Of a stretch of DNA of 32,225 bases, positions 28,584-32,225 are shown piece by piece; positions within the stretch are counted from its first letter, which is position 1, and each line of letters starts with the position of its first letter. The notes under the pieces were generated by a model. That model was given only the letters and a program-made list of their open reading frames with translations. It searched no databases and had not been told where the DNA came from. The stretch lies in sequence record SRR22947725_1377. The stretch is one strand, 5' to 3'. The translations under genes and the position numbers were made by a program.

Positions 28584-29135
28584 CTAATCTCTATTAGCGT
28601 TAGCTACTTCAGAAAAATCTACATTATCGTAAGAAAAAGATTTATTTTCTAATAATTCTTTTCCATATGATTTCAACCAATCCATATGCAAAGCTAAATC
28701 AGTTCCACTTGGCTTGGTGATATTAAATTTAACTGAATATTTATCATCAACTGAACCAGGTAGAGATATATTTCTGGCATAATGAAAATTATCAACTAAA
28801 TTAATATGTGGTAACAAGTCAACAAAAGTACTTAGCCCAGTTTTTTGATTTATAACTTGTGCAGATATATATAAATATGGAATAAATCCTCCAACAGGTG
28901 TACCTTTAGGAACATTAACCATATCCCAGTTAACCCTAGCTTCAATATGAATGTTTGTTTCATTTTCCGACAAATGCATTGATGATGGAGATATATTATC
29001 TTTTATAGCTCCTTCAAAAATAAATAATATCCCTGGTTCAACTCTCTCAGTTGCAATTACTAATTCTGGTTTTTCGGATTGCGAGTATATTGTAATTGAT
29101 ATTGATAAGCATAGAAGAATAAATATGTTTTTCAT
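28584..29135 (-). CDS. P19/FetP/Tp34-like periplasmic copper/iron-binding protein
   Basis: Signal peptide (S18|Q19). IHIEA, FIPYL, LPHINLVDNFHYARNI and LALHMD align by eye with the P19 motifs IHLEA, WMPYL, MPMVADDGPHYGANI and FGRHVD (recalled from memory). Confidence 0.78.
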   Translation of the reverse strand: MKNIFILLCLSISITIYSQSEKPELVIATERVEPGILFIFEGAIKDNISPSSMHLSENETNIHIEARVNWDMVNVPKGTPVGGFIPYLYISAQVINQKTGLSTFVDLLPHINLVDNFHYARNISLPGSVDDKYSVKFNITKPSGTDLALHMDWLKSYGKELLENKSFSYDNVDFSEVANANRD

Positions 29136-29187
29136 ATGTTCATTATTTAAGATATTGAGTATTAATATTTTTAGTACAAAGGGGGAT

Positions 29188-29853
29188 TTAATTAGAATTT
29201 TTTAAAATTTTTATGTCTTCATAGAGTCTATCAATTTCTTCCTTATTTGTTCCATCATAAAACCCTCGAATTTGTTTTTTCTTATCTATAAGAACAAAGT
29301 TTTCTGTATGAATCATTTCATATTCTCCAAAGCTATTGTCTTTGGCAGCCAAATAAGACTTTCTTGCTAAATCATAGATTTCTTTCTTATCCCCTGTGAC
29401 TAAATCCCATTTAGAGTCAATGACTTCATTCTCAACAGCATATTTTTTTAAAACTTCTACAGAGTCAATTTCAGGGAATACAGTGTGAGATAATAATAAA
29501 ACTTCAGAATCTTTAATTAGTTTATCCTGTATGTCTTTCATATTTTTTGTCATTATTGGACAAATAGACTGACATGTAGTAAAAAAGAAATCTGCAACAT
29601 ATATTTTATTGTCGAATTTACTTTGAGTGACTGTTTCCCCATTTTGATTAGTGAGACTAAAATCAGAAATTTTATGATAATTTATTTTATGGACTATAGT
29701 GGTATCAACTAATTCGCTATTAACCGATGCTGGCTGATAAATTGGAAGCCTTTCTACGGGTTTTAAAATACTATAGAAAAGACTTACTGAAATTACACCC
29801 CAAATAATTATTGACAGGCCAATCCACTTATAATTTGAAAAACTTCCTTTCAT
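29188..29853 (-). CDS. SCO1/SenC copper chaperone
   Basis: N-terminal TM helix, FSLTNQNG, FFFTTCQSICP (CxxxC), MIHTENFVLID. Start moved to ATG 29853, downstream of a -7 element. Confidence 0.93.
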   Translation of the reverse strand: MKGSFSNYKWIGLSIIIWGVISVSLFYSILKPVERLPIYQPASVNSELVDTTIVHKINYHKISDFSLTNQNGETVTQSKFDNKIYVADFFFTTCQSICPIMTKNMKDIQDKLIKDSEVLLLSHTVFPEIDSVEVLKKYAVENEVIDSKWDLVTGDKKEIYDLARKSYLAAKDNSFGEYEMIHTENFVLIDKKKQIRGFYDGTNKEEIDRLYEDIKILKNSN

Positions 29854-29876
29854 AAACACTAAAATTAAAGAGAAAA

Positions 29877-29915
29877 CAAAAATACAACACAATTAGCATT
29901 TAATTAGTATTTTTG
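29877..29915. promoter_or_regulatory. Back-to-back -7 elements for the SCO (-) and M1 peptidase (+) genes
   Basis: CAAAAATA (29877-29884; TATTTTTG on minus) and TATTTTTG (29908-29915). Confidence 0.62.
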
Positions 29916-29937
29916 GTTGATATTCAAATAATTATTA

Positions 29938-31866
29938 ATGAAGTTTATTAAAGTTTTAGCCCTGCTTTGGCCGGTAATTTTTTTCTCACAAAACAACATT
30001 GATGATTTATTAACCTCTGAATCAGAGTTAGCCAAAAAAATCTTATCACAAAAAATTAACGTTAACACAATTAATTATGATTTAAAGTATCATAAACTTG
30101 ATTTAAATTTAGACCCTGATGAAGCTTTTATTTCTGGAACTATAACTTCTCACTTTCTGGCATTGGATGATTTAACTCAAATAACTTTTGATTTGTCTGA
30201 TAACATGCAAGTTGAAAATGTTACCCATTTGTCTACTAACACAAACTTAAACTACACTCAAAATTCAGATGATGAATTAGTAATTGAGCTATCGCAATTG
30301 CAAGGTCAAGGAACTTTAGACTCATTAAGTGTAACTTATTCTGGCAACCCTGTAAGTTCTGGTTTTGGCTCTTTTGAACAATCATATCACAATGGCGATC
30401 CAATAGTTTGGACTCTTTCAGAACCATATGGAGCCAAAGGGTGGTGGCCCTGCAAACAAGATTTAAACGATAAGATTGATTCTATTGATGTATATATAAA
30501 CACCCCTGTTTACAACTCTGATAATGAAGAATATATTTCAGCATCTAATGGTCTTGAAATTAGTCAAAGTTATAATGATGATATTAAAACAACTCATTTT
30601 AGACATAATTATCCAATTCCTGCATACCTAATAGCTGTAGCGATCACAAACTATGAAATATATTCGCACGAAGTTTCTAATAATGGGAATCCATTTGAAA
30701 TAATAAATTATGTATATCCAGAAGATTTTTCTACAGCGCAAGAACAAACTTTAGTTACGGTTGATATTATGGATTTTTTCACCGAAAAATTTGAGGAATA
30801 TCCATTTTCAAATGAAAAATATGGACACGCTCAATTTGGTTGGGGTGGAGGAATGGAACACACTACTGTTTCATTTATGGGTAATTTTAGTAGAGGATTG
30901 ATTGCTCATGAGTTAGCACATCAGTGGTTTGGAAATAAAATTACCTGTGGTAGTTGGCAAGACATTTGGCTAAATGAAGGATTTGCTACTTATTTATCCG
31001 GACTTGTTATTGAACACCTAGACGGAGAGTCTTCTTTTAAATCTTGGAAACAACAGAAGGTTAACTCTATTACAAGTCAGACATATGGATCTGTATATGT
31101 TCCAGCTGAAGATACATTAACTGTTAACAGAGTTTTTAGTGGTAGACTTTCATACAATAAAGGATCTATGGTTTTACATATGCTTCGCCAAAAAATAGGT
31201 GAAGACTTGTTTTATGAAAGTCTACAAAACTATTTATCAAATCCTGACTTTTCCTATGGATATGCAAACTCTAACGATTTTATATCCTCGGTAGAGCAAA
31301 CAACTGAAATGGAATTATCAGAATTTTTTGATGATTGGTTGTTCAATGAGGGATATCCAAGTTATATAGCAGAGTGGGGTCAGCCATCATCAGAATTACA
31401 GATAATATTAAACCAAGAATCAAGCCATGAATCTGTAGATTTTTTTGAAGGCTTAATTACAATAAGGGTTTTTGGTGACTCTGGTGAAGAGTTAGATTTA
31501 ACATTAGATCATAATTATAACAATCAGATATTCATTTACGAATTGGATTTTAACGTTTCATCTATTGAAGTTAATCCAGAGTTTGACGTAATTTCAAAAA
31601 ACAATCTTGTTCTTTTAAGTTCAGAAATCCCCGAAGTCAATAACAAATTAGTTATTTACCCCAACCCAACTCGTTCAAATATTGAAATCAAAAAACCTTA
31701 CTTTTTAAAAATAAACAATATTGAATTATATAATATTAACGGACAATTAATTTCTACATATTCATATTCTAAAAACTTAGAACTTGGAATACTAAATCAA
31801 GGTCAGTATTTTTTAAAGTTTGATTCTAAATCAGGCAGTATTTATAAATCTCTAATTGTAAGATAA
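29938..31866 (+). CDS. M1-family zinc aminopeptidase with T9SS type A C-terminal sorting domain
   Basis: Signal peptide, GGMEH, HELAHQWFG...WLNEGFATY, SYNKG; CTD IYPNPT...YNINGQ...GQYFL...KSLIVR. Confidence 0.92.
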   Translation: MKFIKVLALLWPVIFFSQNNIDDLLTSESELAKKILSQKINVNTINYDLKYHKLDLNLDPDEAFISGTITSHFLALDDLTQITFDLSDNMQVENVTHLSTNTNLNYTQNSDDELVIELSQLQGQGTLDSLSVTYSGNPVSSGFGSFEQSYHNGDPIVWTLSEPYGAKGWWPCKQDLNDKIDSIDVYINTPVYNSDNEEYISASNGLEISQSYNDDIKTTHFRHNYPIPAYLIAVAITNYEIYSHEVSNNGNPFEIINYVYPEDFSTAQEQTLVTVDIMDFFTEKFEEYPFSNEKYGHAQFGWGGGMEHTTVSFMGNFSRGLIAHELAHQWFGNKITCGSWQDIWLNEGFATYLSGLVIEHLDGESSFKSWKQQKVNSITSQTYGSVYVPAEDTLTVNRVFSGRLSYNKGSMVLHMLRQKIGEDLFYESLQNYLSNPDFSYGYANSNDFISSVEQTTEMELSEFFDDWLFNEGYPSYIAEWGQPSSELQIILNQESSHESVDFFEGLITIRVFGDSGEELDLTLDHNYNNQIFIYELDFNVSSIEVNPEFDVISKNNLVLLSSEIPEVNNKLVIYPNPTRSNIEIKKPYFLKINNIELYNINGQLISTYSYSKNLELGILNQGQYFLKFDSKSGSIYKSLIVR

Positions 31867-31935
31867 AGTAAGTCTTTTTTCTTCTTTTTTATGTTAGATT
31901 ACTTTATTTTAGCCCCTTCATAATTATCAAATACA

Positions 31936-32225
31936 ATGGTTGACATTATTATTAAAGGTTCACAGTTATTACTGAGTTTATCTATACTGGTTGTTCTTCA
32001 TGAATTAGGGCATTTTATTCCAGCTAAATTATTTAAAACAAAAGTCGAAAAGTTTTATTTGTTTTTTGATTGGCCTTTTTCTTTATTCAAAAAGAAAGTT
32101 GGAGACACTGAATACGGAATTGGAGCTTTGCCATTAGGGGGGTATGTAAAAATTGCTGGAATGATAGATGAGAGTATGGATACAGAACAAATGTCTAAAC
32201 CTGCTCAACCATGGGAATTTAGATC
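31936..32225 (+). CDS. rseP: RIP metalloprotease RseP (5' part; runs off the window end)
   Basis: Not in the ORF track. Reads [34 protein letters not shown]...[23 protein letters not shown]...PWEFRS. Confidence 0.95.
   Translation, partial: MVDIIIKGSQLLLSLSILVVLHELGHFIPAKLFKTKVEKFYLFFDWPFSLFKKKVGDTEYGIGALPLGGYVKIAGMIDESMDTEQMSKPAQPWEFR

Noticed and set aside
29136-29187. Separate promoter or Fur-type box for the P19-like gene
   Set aside because: Only a two-mismatch -7 element (TATCTTAA) and no convincing dyad; not supportable from the sequence alone.
902-30427. Numerous 60-108 aa ORFs nested in or antisense to larger genes (for example 902-1165, 6109-6402, 6603-6929, 11949-12242, 16640-16927, 19159-19365, 28951-29205)
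   Set aside because: All overlap well-supported genes and show no recognisable motifs; expected shadow ORFs.
31867-31903. AGTAAGTCT...AGATTACT around a T-rich tract as a possible terminator
   Set aside because: Bulged AT-rich stem with a loop of about 20 nt, and the U-tract lies inside the loop; not a credible intrinsic terminator.

Overview
Low-GC, very gene-dense (about 97% coding by my count of roughly 840 intergenic nt) core-genome segment of a Bacteroidota/Flavobacteriales bacterium. The assignment rests on gldH, a T9SS C-terminal domain, TAnnTTTG promoters and no evident Shine-Dalgarno sites; it is probably a streamlined marine lineage. Order: partial recA (-) divergent from trhO-ricT-gldH-PBP1A-scoA-scoB (+); a leftward run hemA-hemC-hemD-hemE-hemF-hemB-serine hydrolase-double ABC ATPase; divergent from it an AraC regulator-hemH-MATE-VPS10/BNR protein-hemJ-histidine kinase-enoyl-CoA hydratase-barrel-less TonB-plug protein; then a thiol/metal cluster (bacilliredoxin, ZIP transporter, P19/FetP-like protein, SCO), a T9SS-secreted M1 aminopeptidase and partial rseP. 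No rRNA, tRNA, CRISPR or mobile element was seen. Best leads: (1) an AraC regulator with a Cys-Pro motif at the centre of the heme cluster, with a dyad abutting the hemA promoter and a MATE exporter abutting hemH (candidate heme-sensing regulon); (2) a P19/FetP homologue with a Met-to-His change at a copper ligand, lying between SCO and a ZIP transporter with no FTR1 permease; (3) a perfect palindrome centred on the recA -33 element; (4) two back-to-back promoter pairs with identical 23-bp spacing; (5) a possible pseudoknot ahead of the TonB-plug gene. All family calls are from motif recognition, not database searches.
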